Shown: positions 33,311 through 44,486 of the stretch, piece after piece
Position numbering within the stretch: the first letter of the stretch is position 1
How the letters are laid out: every line of letters starts with the position of its first letter
NCBI GenBank assembly: GCA_965205425.1
Contig: CBDBGZ010000004.1
Span: forward strand, 160,001 to 224,000
Origin: Nitrosopumilus sp.
GTDB lineage: Archaea > Thermoproteota > Nitrososphaeria > Nitrososphaerales > Nitrosopumilaceae
Direction: 5' to 3'
Length of the DNA: 64,000 bases
Position numbers and translations under genes: made by a program
The notes under the pieces: generated by a model
What the model saw: only the letters and a program-made list of their open reading frames with translations
Told to the model about the DNA's origin: nothing
Database searches by the model: none

Positions 33311-34738
33311 ATGAATAACATAAAATATACGCTACCGTTTTTGATGCTAATTTTGTTTGTTCCTGTAGCAATGAGCGATACTTTTGCTCAAGGTGAACCC
33401 GGAGAGGATTCTACAGATAAGATAGGGCCAGTTGGAACTGTAAATGAATCTGCTGATATCAAATTACAGGAAATAGAAGAAAAACAACAGGATCTAAAAA
33501 ACAAACATCATGCAATAAATGAGGAATTCAACAGTACCAATTCAACTAAAAAAATTACAGAATTAAAGTCTGATTATATCCAGACCGTCAAAGAACTAAA
33601 TACTTTATCTTATGTAGAGCCTGAAAGGAATTACCTTGCAGAATGGACTGCATTGGATGCACAAATTATAATTCTCGAGGAACTGCAATGGAATAATTAC
33701 ACAGAACCAAGACAGGTAATGATAGATGGACTATATGAACAAATGAATGAGATTGAGCAAGAGAGTATTGCCTCCATGGTCTTAGATCCTGCAGATAAGA
33801 CCAAACTATATAATTTAGAAATGGAATTACACAATAAATACTCCAACCCTGATCACGAAACTTTTGTCAGTAATGAGTTTGTAGAGTATGCATATGTAGA
33901 TCATGTGCAAGAGAAGGTATTCCTTGTAATTGATGAAAACAAGGCACTTGCAGAAAATGGTATTTCATCCATACTTGTTGCACAAAATGTAATGGATGCT
34001 GTTGGAATTGATAATATAACAATAGACTTTGCAGAGATTACCCCACTAAGATGTAACAGTGTGACATCTGATTGTGATCCACTTATTGGTGGAATCTCAA
34101 TTGGAAGGGCAGATTCACCAAATGATCATTCAGGTACCATCGGATTCCGAGCTAAAGATAGTAGCAATAATAAAGGATTTGTAACCGCAGGCCATGCAGT
34201 TCAATTTGAGGATTTTACTAATACTGTAATGCATCAACCACACACCAGTACATCAATCATAGGCACAATTCCAAGCAATGGCGATGATGTATGCTATACC
34301 GGAGGCGGTGTAGATAAAGGTGAGCGAACTATAAATGGCAAACCATGTGACTTTGCATTTGTAAAAACTGCTAGAGGCGTATCAATTAATGATGATATTT
34401 ACAAGTCTCCAAATAGAACATATGACATTAATGCATTAGCTATACCATCTGATCAAGTACGCGGAACAATGCTAAAACTTGTCGGCTCCAACAGCGGAAC
34501 AGTTACAGGTTCGATACAAACTATTCTTTCAATTAGCGACAGAGTTCTGATGACTGTGCATTCTCCTGCAATTGCTGGAGATAGTGGTGGACCAGTATTC
34601 AAATCATCCACAGGTGCTAGAAATACATCAACTGCTGAAATATTTGGTATTGTACTCAGCTCGCATGGTATTGCACGCATTATGTATGAACCTGTAGATA
34701 AGATAATGACAGAGTTGAACTTGAGACCATACCATTAA
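33311..34738 (+). CDS. secreted S1 serine protease, copy B
   Basis: GFVTAGH, CDFAFV, AGDSGGP; paralog of 17069-18535. Confidence 0.85.
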   Translation: MNNIKYTLPFLMLILFVPVAMSDTFAQGEPGEDSTDKIGPVGTVNESADIKLQEIEEKQQDLKNKHHAINEEFNSTNSTKKITELKSDYIQTVKELNTLSYVEPERNYLAEWTALDAQIIILEELQWNNYTEPRQVMIDGLYEQMNEIEQESIASMVLDPADKTKLYNLEMELHNKYSNPDHETFVSNEFVEYAYVDHVQEKVFLVIDENKALAENGISSILVAQNVMDAVGIDNITIDFAEITPLRCNSVTSDCDPLIGGISIGRADSPNDHSGTIGFRAKDSSNNKGFVTAGHAVQFEDFTNTVMHQPHTSTSIIGTIPSNGDDVCYTGGGVDKGERTINGKPCDFAFVKTARGVSINDDIYKSPNRTYDINALAIPSDQVRGTMLKLVGSNSGTVTGSIQTILSISDRVLMTVHSPAIAGDSGGPVFKSSTGARNTSTAEIFGIVLSSHGIARIMYEPVDKIMTELNLRPYH

Positions 34739-35322
34739 TGTTCATACCTTTTCTTTTTATTTTATTTGTAGTATCTCTTTCGTTAATCCAATTATCATAT
34801 TCAGTTGAGAATAACTGGAAAGAAATTAATGTTGATTCGAGACTTGATAACCAAACAAAATATATCTTTTATTATAATTCTGAAGGCATTGAATTGATAG
34901 ATGTACAATATTTTACTGATTTCCCGTCACCTGGTTTCGTATTTAACACAACACAAGTCATAGACAAACAAGCACAGATCAAGGCACCTAGAAATTATCC
35001 AGTAGATTCACATCAGGAATGGATTATAGTTACAGACATTAGCGGTTCTTATGAATATGAGGAAAGTGATTGTTTTTACACTTACACGATTAGTACAATA
35101 AATTCAAAAGTGTTAGATTTTGGATATTATACAGTGCTTGCAGCTGACCTAGACGAAGTTGAAATACTCCAAATACCTGATTACTGTTTACCTCATACTA
35201 TTGCCAACTATCCTCAAAGTATGAAAACATATGAGAACATTAGAGGAGAACAGGTGAATGTGTATTTATCATCAGTTCTAAAGTTGTTGGAGAGAAATTA
35301 TCTTGTTGAAGCAATAAACTAA
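34738..35322 (+). CDS. secreted partner protein of protease B
   Basis: TAATG coupling; shares KAPxNYP, DCFY, PDxCL, NIRGE with 18532-19143. Confidence 0.75.
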   Translation: MFIPFLFILFVVSLSLIQLSYSVENNWKEINVDSRLDNQTKYIFYYNSEGIELIDVQYFTDFPSPGFVFNTTQVIDKQAQIKAPRNYPVDSHQEWIIVTDISGSYEYEESDCFYTYTISTINSKVLDFGYYTVLAADLDEVEILQIPDYCLPHTIANYPQSMKTYENIRGEQVNVYLSSVLKLLERNYLVEAIN

Positions 35323-35452
35323 TTGCACGATGTTTTCTTATTTTGCTCAAGACGTGTCACATATACCTCGGAGCATAATTCTTTGCAATTTTTCAAAACA
35401 AATAGCAATACTTTTTGATCAGTAGTTAGAAATAATTTCATGGACATCACAA

Positions 35453-35955
35453 ATGACGAGTTACTCCAGGGCCTACAAAAAAGAAAAGTACGGTAAGAAA
35501 AAGGAAAGACTGCATGCAATGTGTAAGATTAAAATCAACGAATCCACAATTGCTGAAACTGCCAACCAAATGTTTTGTACATACAATTCTGTAAGGAATT
35601 GGCTTGATTCATTTGAAAAATACGGACTAGAGGGCCTGGAGGATCTCCCTCGTTCTTGCCGTCCACCATTAATTTCACACAAAAAATTACAAAAAATAGA
35701 GCGTACATTTAAGAAAATTTCAGACGGCATGACTCCAAAAAAACTGATACAATTCATATTTTACAGAACACGCATTACATATCATATCACTCATGTTGCG
35801 TCGTTTGATGCACAAATGGAATCTAAAACCAAAGGTTCCACAAAAGGTACATGTACGAGCAGCATCCAAGGATACATGCCGCAAGTGGAAAAACCGCATC
35901 ATTTCACGCATAGAAAAGGCAAAAAAGAAAGGTTTTACAGTATTCATCCAAGACG
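35453..35955 (+). pseudogene. IS630 transposase N-terminal part, frameshifted and cut by another IS
   Basis: HTH, GLEGLEDLPRS.RPP, ends at FIQD at the IS junction. Confidence 0.75.
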
Positions 35956-36981
35956 GGGTGTGTCCTAAAACTATCCTCTAACATGTTTTGTAACCCCCAT
36001 CAAATTAACAACTCGTATGTTGTAACAAATTACACGCAACGCCAACTCTTTTCTTTGAACCAACTTGTTTTTTGATGACAAGCTATTTCCAAAGATTCTT
36101 TTGAGTACTGCAAATACTGATTCAACAAGTGACCTCTTGTGATAATGTCTGTCAAATTCATCTTGATTGTCCTGGAATAATGTTATCATTTTTTTCCATG
36201 ATGCAGAGCCTTTGGGATTTCTAACTGTGTTCTTCTTTGGTTTGATGTATGGTATCTTTTGCAGAGTAGCTACCATATTGCAAATGTCTCGTGACAAATA
36301 TGCAGGATCTGCACAAAAATCACCAATTCCCTTTGGAATGTCTTTGATTAGTTTTTTGAGAATTGGTGCATCACCACGAGTTCCTTTAGTAATGTCAAAA
36401 GATACTATTGCCATGGACTGTATTGCAATTAGGATGTGCAGTTTTAGATATAATTTCTTGGATTTGTGCGTGTTTGTCTTGATGTCAAACCAAGCCTCAC
36501 ATCTTTTGGTACCAAATCCTGAACTGTCAGGAGCTATGTCTTTTTTTTGATTGGTTCTGTGAGTTTTGCGTTTACCTTTTTCAAATAAGGCATTGGAATT
36601 CTTTTTAGACTGTCATTAATGACAGTCTTGCTTGGTGCTTTTTTGAGCTCCATTATTTCCAACAGATCCGGCCTTGATCTCAAGTGGGACTCCATGGAAC
36701 GATAATCCAATCCAAACTTTACCTTTAGCATTGCACACATTATCTTTGCTTTTGTTGGAAATGCAGGACGTCCGCCTGTCTTTGGTTCCCATGGTGTATC
36801 CATACTCCAAACTGTCTTCTTTACTTTCTCCAAGAATAGAATCTCCTCATCCTTGCGATATGTGCCATATACTTGCCAGTCTCTTTTTGATTTGTTTTGC
36901 ATAGTTGTTGTGATTCCATGCGATCAATATGTTACAGAATTGAATAAAATTGTTATATTTGTCTACTTTTAGGACACACCC
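35956..36981 (-). mobile_element. IS5-like DDE IS with two-frame transposase (36534-36902 joined to 35971-36550)
   Basis: IR gggtgtgtcctaaaa / ttttaggacacaccc; DSSGF, ADPAY, YHKRSLVESVF; A8 run at the frame junction. Confidence 0.85.
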
Positions 36982-37069
36982 GCTGGAACCAGTACAGTCT
37001 CAATAAGAAACAGAATTCATGAATTTAAAATAAAATTGGATTTGTTTTCCACATTAATTTAATTCAGAT

Positions 37070-37363
37070 ATGAAGGAAATGAATAATGCATCTAGAGATA
37101 GTGAGTTCAAGATACAACTATCAGTAGAAGACATTAACAAATTAGATGATGTAATTAAAGGCACAAGTAATAATTCAAAATCAATTGAAAAGTCAAGTGA
37201 AATGAAAACCAATAATGAAAATAATCATAATACAGCCAAGGGATTAAGATTACTTAATGTATGTACAAGTTGTGAAACTGAATTTATTCCAAAAAACAGC
37301 ATGATTTATGAAAAAATATGCAAATCATGTATAGAAAAAGAATCTAATGAAAAGAAAGTCTAG
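37070..37363 (+). CDS. hypothetical protein with C-terminal Zn finger
   Basis: CTSC...CKSC. Confidence 0.5.
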   Translation: MKEMNNASRDSEFKIQLSVEDINKLDDVIKGTSNNSKSIEKSSEMKTNNENNHNTAKGLRLLNVCTSCETEFIPKNSMIYEKICKSCIEKESNEKKV

Positions 37364-37551
37364 ACAGTACTAGGGTTCTTCTTTTTCATCCAGATTTGTT
37401 CATTAATTTCATGACATTTACAATCAGATGCCTTTGCTTTGCAATTAGTTTGGTGTAATAGTTTTTTACATTTGTTACATGCAGGATCTCTCCAACTAGC
37501 TTGATTTCCACAATTTGCACAATACAAAGTTAGTTTCTCCAAGTATGACAA
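37360..37551 (-). CDS. small Cys-rich protein
   Basis: CANC...CNKC. Confidence 0.45.
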   Translation of the reverse strand: MSYLEKLTLYCANCGNQASWRDPACNKCKKLLHQTNCKAKASDCKCHEINEQIWMKKKNPSTV

Positions 37552-37936
37552 TCAGTTATTGATTGAAAGTTTTGTTTTGATAATAGATTTTTTAACATAC
37601 ATAATTAGGGCATACTAGCATATAAGATACAAAATTTCATAATCCACAATTTTACGTAGCTGAGTAGTTAAATCAGTTCAAATCTCTCACATGATATATG
37701 AAGATTAGGTAGAGGTAAAATAATAATGAAAGATATTGGATAATTCTTTGACAGAATTAAAACTACAAAGGTATACATGAACGATATGGGAATAATTGAT
37801 ATGGCTAAGAAATTACCCAAAGGACATAACATTGGTGGCGGCAATAGACAGAAAAGATGTCAAGAGTTTAAAAAAAATAAATCTGATTAGAATTAGCGAT
37901 TTTTGTTAGAATACTTTTTTCCTTTTTTGATATTCA

Positions 37937-38004
37937 GTAGATGTTGTTTTAATTTGATATTCTTTGATGTAGATGTTGTTTTAATTTGATATTCTTTGAT
38001 GTAG
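37937..38004. repeat. 32-bp tandem repeat, 2 copies plus 4 nt
   Basis: gtagatgttgttttaatttgatattctttgat x2. Confidence 0.9.
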
Positions 38005-38475
38005 GTGCCTTCAAAATTACTTTAACATAGATTCAAGATTGTGATTACTTCTAGGAATCCCGTCACCTTTTAACAATCCTTTTTTCGTGAGGTATACTCT
38101 ACAATAACCCTGAACTAATCAAGGAATAGTTAACTATCATCATTATGCGTTCTCAAATAACAAAATCTTTGGATTACATTCAAGACCGTTCTCTCAATGT
38201 TAACTGCGTTAAATACAGGGGGGGAGGGGGGGTACTCTGTTTTGGTTGTAACTCAGGCGATACGTCTAGTTTTCTTGTAAACTAACTGGCATTGAATAAT
38301 CAGAGAGAGAAGAGAGACACGCATATCGAGTCAAATCAGGTATGAAATCATGAAGATATCGAGAATTAGAATAAATTAATGGAAATGAAGAAAGATTCTA
38401 CAAATTGTTACATCCATTCAGCACCCCACATAGAAGAAACACATCGAGAACTAAAACAGGATTGAATGTCGAGAA

Positions 38476-39063
38476 TTATTTAGAATATTTTTGAACTTCA
38501 TCATTGAAAAGTTCAACATATCTGTTAGGTAATTCTAATCGAGGTTCTTTACCTTTTAGACATACTGTATCAATACCAAGTACACGAATTACAGTAAATG
38601 GAGATTCATCAGAATATGCCAGAGGTTTTAGCCAATCTCTAACAGTCTTTACATGAGCACCTGAAATACGCGCTCCACCATTTACAACTTCAGACAATGG
38701 TAAATGATAATTGTTTTCAGCTATTTTATTAGAAAACCAAGCTAGGAAAATTGGATGTTTTTCTAGATTTGTTTTCTGAGATGCAGATAATTCATTTTCG
38801 TATGCGAGGATTGTTTTCTTGCTAAATTCTTCTAAATGATTACAGCTATGACACATGAATCTAATTACATCAGGATTCATCATTCCCATATCGTATCTCG
38901 TATGATGTAATTCAAAACCTCCTGTACGAGTTACAGGATCAAATGGTTTTAGATTACATTCATCCAAAGTCTTTTGACAATGACTACAAACTTCAGGATA
39001 TCTCTTTTGTGTTTCTGGATATACTTGAGCTCGTTGATTTTGACTAAGATTGGGGTTGGTCAA
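38476..39063 (-). CDS. HNH-like Zn-binding protein with helical C-terminal domain
   Basis: CSHC...ELHH...MCHSCNH. Confidence 0.65.
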   Translation of the reverse strand: MTNPNLSQNQRAQVYPETQKRYPEVCSHCQKTLDECNLKPFDPVTRTGGFELHHTRYDMGMMNPDVIRFMCHSCNHLEEFSKKTILAYENELSASQKTNLEKHPIFLAWFSNKIAENNYHLPLSEVVNGGARISGAHVKTVRDWLKPLAYSDESPFTVIRVLGIDTVCLKGKEPRLELPNRYVELFNDEVQKYSK

Positions 39064-40263
39064 AATCTATTTTCCTTGGTTTTGAATTTGCAACAGTTAG
39101 TAATTTTTGTGCAGTTGCAAAGTGTTCATTATTAATTTCTGCACCAATAAATTGACGATTCTGAGTTACTGCTGAAACCCCAAATGTACCGCTTCCAAGA
39201 AACGGATCATAGACAATTTCATTTTCTATTGTAAGATGTTTTATGTAATAGTCAGATTCCTTTGTGGACTGTGCCCACTCATGCAATTCTTTACCCTGAA
39301 ATTCGGACTTTATTACATCACGCACAAACTCACCCTCATACTTTCCCTTCGTAAACCACAGCATTATCTTGCAGGCAACCAGGATTTTTTTGCCAAACAC
39401 TGATGCAGATGGACCAGAATGTAGAACAGTTAATGGCCAATGGAATTTTAATCCATATTTTTCCATCATATTACCGACTTTGAGAATATTTCCTTGTCCG
39501 ACATAGCAAACTAAGGAACCACCTTCACGTAGAACTGTGGATGCTTGTTTTGCCAAATCTTCGTAAAGATGTAAAAATTTGTCATGATATGGAGGGTCCG
39601 TCAAAATTAAAGATACAGAGTTTGGTAATACAGGTACAGACTGAAATTCCAGATTGTAAAGTGTTACAGTATCAGGAAGATTAATCTGAATTTTTTTAAT
39701 CTCTTCCTGACGTTCTTCTCTTTTTTTATTTTTGTTTAAATCACGGTAAACTTTACTGATAGTTTTTTCTCCACTGTTAATTTTTCAATCTCTTCTTTTG
39801 GGGCTTGATCTAAAACTATTGTGCCCTTTTCATATGTACTTCCTGAAACATGAGCTTTTTTACCCAATAACTCTCTTGTTTTGCCTGAAGGTGTGGTAAT
39901 ATTACCACCCCTTCCAGCTTCACTCATTCTTTCTTTAGCTTGGTCTGCATAATGAGATTCAAGTTTTCTAACTATCTCAATTCTTTGAAGAGATGTTAAT
40001 TGTCTTCGTTTGAGATTGCATTCACCAACAAAAATTATTTCATCAGTTTTTGTATCAAATTCTTTGATAGTTGCCCTTGGTTGTATTCCTAATTCTTTGC
40101 AAATTTTAAATCTATGATGACCGTCTAAAATTACACCTTCCTTGTTTGTTACAATTGGCATCCATAACCCTTGGTCTTTGATGGATTTTTTCAGAGAATC
40201 ATAATCCTCTTCTAGTAAAGGAGTTACCAGTTTTTCATAATCTGGATTTATTGAAAGATTCAA
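39044..40263 (-). pseudogene. ParB/Srx-domain plus N4/N6 DNA methyltransferase fusion, frameshifted at ~39781-39785
   Basis: ILDGHHR and NLKRRQL; the alternative frame runs KINSGEKTISKVY...LILTDPPY...DPFLGSGT. Confidence 0.8.
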
Positions 40264-40422
40264 GATTTTGTCTCTTGTTTTGTCTTAAGATTGTAGATTT
40301 TTTTGGCACCAAACAGGAGAGATTTGTCATCAAAGTGAGATTTGCAAAAAAGAATGGGCAATCCGTGCGTAAAATGTGCGATATACTGTTTTTCATCATC
40401 ACAACAATATCTAAAAAGAATT

Positions 40423-40605
40423 TCACCCAGTATTTTCCATCTCCTGTATATTTTGGATTAAAGGACCATCAACAGTTGCAAGGGCATTTTTTAATAGAAT
40501 CTTGTATGCGAGACTGGTAGCAAGACAACCACGTTTCTCATTAATTTCTGAAATTAGTGTTAACGGCAAAGAGAGAGTAATACTTTTTGTTTTATAGTTA
40601 TGCAA
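40423..40605 (-). CDS. small RHH-like DNA-binding protein
   Basis: KSITLSLP..LISEINEKRG pattern. Confidence 0.5.
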   Translation of the reverse strand: MHNYKTKSITLSLPLTLISEINEKRGCLATSLAYKILLKNALATVDGPLIQNIQEMENTG

Positions 40606-40680
40606 TAATAGATAAAACCCCTTTACAATAAAGGTATTATTATAATAGTTTAAGAAATATTTAAGATTGTAAATTTGATA

Positions 40681-41928
40681 TTATGTTTGTAATACAAAAA
40701 GTTCAGGATTGTTTTGTATGAATTTTTTTATTTCACCAGGAAGAGATTTTTGTGTAATTATTGGCATGTCAGACTGCTTTTCAAAAGATTTCATCTGAGA
40801 TTGTAAATTTGACACTGTGTCATTCAATGATTTATTCAATTTTTGTTGTTTTTCTAATTCATCAATTTGTTTTTGTTTTTTCAAAAGTTCCAAGTGTTGT
40901 CGTTCCGTAGGATCAATAGTTAGTTCAGGGATAGCCTTTACGAATTCAGCATAGCATTGTTCTCGAGTTGGCTGAAGATATGTTCCATCAAGTCCACGCT
41001 TATGAGCCATTAGTTTCTCTGCAATATTTGAATTGACATTATTGTTTAGTTTCAGAGTAGTGTTGAATCTTTTTCTGAACATGTACACTACAGCCTTGTT
41101 GTATCGATGTCCTTTTTTCTCACGTTTCAAACCAGATTTATCATATACTTTTTTGAGTACAGTATACATGGCATGCAGTGTCATGTGATTGTACTTTGAC
41201 ATGCGAGATACAGACCCAAAGATGGGAGAATCATCATCTAAAATTTCATTTCGTATGTGTTTGCGCCAATCAAAATATCTATCCAGTGCTTTTGTAGCTT
41301 CAGGAGTCAAAAAGACCCAGTATGATTCATTGGATCCTTCATAGACTTTAAGCCCATAGCAATATTTTGTATTAGACAAATTGTCGGGATCTGGCAAATA
41401 TACCAGGTGTTTCAGGCGTAAAATTGGGTCAAGGAGCCCAGACGGCCTTATTCCAGTAGATGCTAGAAAATGAACTAATGCAATATCTCGCGGGAGTTTG
41501 CACACTTGAAGAATATTTTGAATCTCATCAATAGTTACAGGAGTATTTCCAAATTGTTCTGAATTATTTTTCTGTATTGACTTTCGTACTAGTTTTTTGT
41601 GCCAAATTTTACGATTCATCTCAAAGAACAACTCCACAGGAGCTAAAAACGCATTGATGCTTTTTGGTTTTAATGTTTGATTCAACTCAAAGACATATTC
41701 TTCCAACATATCAGTAATTTTATCAGAATCAAAATTAGTTAACGATGTGAAATTATCAACATCAGAGATTTTTTTATTTGTAAATAGAAATTTCATAAAT
41801 CTGTCTAAACCATAAACATATGATCGTCTAGTTGCATGAGTCTTTATAGAATTGTAGAATCTACGATAATGAATATTATTTTTAGACATTTGTTTTGCAT
41901 GTTCTAATTGTTTTAGACTACTTACCAC
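40681..41928 (-). CDS. tyrosine recombinase/integrase (intact)
   Basis: STGIRP, FRKRF, LMAHK..Y; C-terminal coiled coil. Confidence 0.9.
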   Translation of the reverse strand: MVSSLKQLEHAKQMSKNNIHYRRFYNSIKTHATRRSYVYGLDRFMKFLFTNKKISDVDNFTSLTNFDSDKITDMLEEYVFELNQTLKPKSINAFLAPVELFFEMNRKIWHKKLVRKSIQKNNSEQFGNTPVTIDEIQNILQVCKLPRDIALVHFLASTGIRPSGLLDPILRLKHLVYLPDPDNLSNTKYCYGLKVYEGSNESYWVFLTPEATKALDRYFDWRKHIRNEILDDDSPIFGSVSRMSKYNHMTLHAMYTVLKKVYDKSGLKREKKGHRYNKAVVYMFRKRFNTTLKLNNNVNSNIAEKLMAHKRGLDGTYLQPTREQCYAEFVKAIPELTIDPTERQHLELLKKQKQIDELEKQQKLNKSLNDTVSNLQSQMKSFEKQSDMPIITQKSLPGEIKKFIQNNPELFVLQT

Positions 41929-41985
41929 ACAACTAGGTACAAGAGGTTAATTAAAAATGGCTGTTTTTGTACCAGTTAATTGTTA

Positions 41986-43131
41986 TCATTGTACTTCAAT
42001 ATCTAGAAAATCAAATTTTTGACACATACAAGGAGTATCAAGAATTTTTGAAATTCCAGGAGCAATATTATCACTAATTACAAATCGTTTGATAGGAAGT
42101 CCACCCTCAGCCTGAATGTTCAAAGTAAACATATTCTTTGAGATTTTTTTGTATTTGACTTGAAAAATTTTCTTCTCAGAGCGTTTTCCAGATTTCTCAT
42201 AAACTACGATAGGGTTGAGAGTTAAATCTTTTAATTTTTTTAAATATTTAGAATCAACTTGAACTTCAGTTGAAATTGTTATTTTGATGGTGGAAGTAAA
42301 TTTCAAAGATTTTTTTGGAGATTCATAGACCAACTTCAAATTGGACAAATCTATCGTGTTAGTTGTGATATTAGATAATTTTACTTTTCGTTTTAATGGA
42401 TTTTGTATTTTAACAAAAAATGGCCTACCAGTTCCTAGAACTAAACTTGAATGATCTTCACCTCCAATCCAAGTAAATTTTGCAGTAGTTCCACCAAATT
42501 TTTTGAAAATTAATTTTGAGATGGCCCCTTCAACACTATCATATTCTGCAATACCATGAAAATTACAAATCCTACATCCTTTACCGGAACAATTATCACA
42601 AGACTTTTGTTTTTGTGGAAAACCTCGTTGTTGTTTTACATACCTGCCTGAAATGACGATAGATTTTGAGCGTAAATGACACAATTCATCTTTAAAATTT
42701 ACAGTGAAAGTTGTTTCAGGATCTATATGATCTATTGTTTTCTTTGTTTTTCTAGAAAATAAAATTCCTAGTTCTTTAGTAATGTCTGTCTTTACACTAT
42801 CTATGCCCTTTAATTTGAATTCAGAACGAATGAAATCATCTCTATCAACAATGGAGGGTTTGATCATAGCACCAACACTAAATGTTGTGAAAGAATAGGT
42901 TGATGAAGCATCTATCATTAATTTTAGAAAATGATGTAGGTTATCAAATAGATTTTTACAAACATAGCATTTTTCAGAAGAATCTAACTTTTTGTGTAAT
43001 TTTTTCCCCAATACTTTGTTTGAGGATAGATGCAGTTGTTTGGAAAATAATCGCCCTAAACAATGATCACATAAATCATATTTTTTTAAAATTTTATCTG
43101 CAATAGGAATAATTTCTGAATAAGTAGACAT
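41986..43131 (-). CDS. pus10: tRNA pseudouridine(54/55) synthase Pus10
   Basis: CDHCLGRLF, GRYVK.RG.PQ, GGED, GTGRPF, EGGLPIK. Confidence 0.9.
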   Translation of the reverse strand: MSTYSEIIPIADKILKKYDLCDHCLGRLFSKQLHLSSNKVLGKKLHKKLDSSEKCYVCKNLFDNLHHFLKLMIDASSTYSFTTFSVGAMIKPSIVDRDDFIRSEFKLKGIDSVKTDITKELGILFSRKTKKTIDHIDPETTFTVNFKDELCHLRSKSIVISGRYVKQQRGFPQKQKSCDNCSGKGCRICNFHGIAEYDSVEGAISKLIFKKFGGTTAKFTWIGGEDHSSLVLGTGRPFFVKIQNPLKRKVKLSNITTNTIDLSNLKLVYESPKKSLKFTSTIKITISTEVQVDSKYLKKLKDLTLNPIVVYEKSGKRSEKKIFQVKYKKISKNMFTLNIQAEGGLPIKRFVISDNIAPGISKILDTPCMCQKFDFLDIEVQ

Positions 43132-43157
43132 GTTTGAACTGAAATTTAGGTATGAGA

Positions 43158-44486
43158 TTATCCTAATCCCATTTTTCTAAGAGTCCCTTGCATTTGACGA
43201 CCTTTTGAAGCCTTCATCATATTCTTAGAATTTTTATAATTTTTGATTAATTCTTTAACTTCACCTTCAGGCCATCCAGAACCGCGAGATATTCTTTTGA
43301 TTCTAGATGAGTTAAGTAATCCTTCAGGATCTGCTTTTTCTGCTTTGGTCATACTTTGAATGATGAATCTCCATTTTGTAACTCTGCCTTCCATTTGATC
43401 AACTTGATCACCTTTTACCATTCCAGATAAACCAGGCATACTATCAAGAATTCCTTGTAATGAACCCATTTTACTGACTTCTTCTAATTGTGAAAGGAAA
43501 TCTTCCATGTTCATTTTTCCACTAGAAATTCTTTTCATTCTAACGTCATCTCCTTCATTTTCTAATCGTTTAGCCAAATCTAATACAGCTTGAATATCAC
43601 CCATTCCAAGTAATCTTCCAACAAATCTAGTAGGGGAGAATTTTTCTAAATCATCAATTCTCTCACCAGTTCCTATGTACATTATTTGTGCACCAGTAGC
43701 GGCAGATGCTGCAAGTGCACCACCACCTTTTGCAGAACTATCTAATTTTGTAATAATTACACCACCAACTGGGATAGTTTTATGGAATGCTTCAGCTTGA
43801 TTGAAACATTGTTGCCCAATGGTTCCATCAATTACAAGTAAAGCTAAATCAGGATCTGCTACTTTGTTTATTCTTTCCATCTCTTCAAGTAAATTTTGTT
43901 CTTCTTTATGACGACCAGCAGTATCAATTAGAATAACATCCAAAGTTTGACCTGCAAAATGTTTTAAACCATTTTTTACAATACTAGGAGAATCTTTGTT
44001 ATTTTCTTCTCCATAAACTTCAACATTTGATTTTTCACACATAGTTTTTAGTTGTACTAAGGCACCAGGTCTGTAGGTATCAGCCCCTACAACCCCGATT
44101 TTGTATCCCTGTCCAGTTAAAAATTTGGCAAGTTTAGATGCCACAGTAGTTTTACCACTGCCTTGAATTCCCAGTAAAATTATCTTATTTTGTCTATCAG
44201 GTTTGAAATCAAAATCAGACTCATTTCCAAGTAATTTTGATAATTCGTCATAGAGGATTTTTACGATATGATCTTTACGAGAAAGTCCAGGTGGAGGAGT
44301 TTCATTTAGAGCACGATCCTCAAGATTTTTTGTGATTTGTAATACTAGGCGTACATTGACATCTGATTGCAATAATGCCCTTTGAACATCTTTTGAGAGT
44401 TCTTTGATTAGTTCCTCATCAATTCCCGAAGATTTTACAATTTTTTTGATTGCATCACCTAAACTAGTCTTAAGACCATCAAGCAT
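43158..44486 (-). CDS. srp54: signal recognition particle protein Srp54
   Basis: GIQGSGKTT, DTAGRH, TKLDSSAKGG, M domain. Confidence 0.97.
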   Translation of the reverse strand: MLDGLKTSLGDAIKKIVKSSGIDEELIKELSKDVQRALLQSDVNVRLVLQITKNLEDRALNETPPPGLSRKDHIVKILYDELSKLLGNESDFDFKPDRQNKIILLGIQGSGKTTVASKLAKFLTGQGYKIGVVGADTYRPGALVQLKTMCEKSNVEVYGEENNKDSPSIVKNGLKHFAGQTLDVILIDTAGRHKEEQNLLEEMERINKVADPDLALLVIDGTIGQQCFNQAEAFHKTIPVGGVIITKLDSSAKGGGALAASAATGAQIMYIGTGERIDDLEKFSPTRFVGRLLGMGDIQAVLDLAKRLENEGDDVRMKRISSGKMNMEDFLSQLEEVSKMGSLQGILDSMPGLSGMVKGDQVDQMEGRVTKWRFIIQSMTKAEKADPEGLLNSSRIKRISRGSGWPEGEVKELIKNYKNSKNMMKASKGRQMQGTLRKMGLG

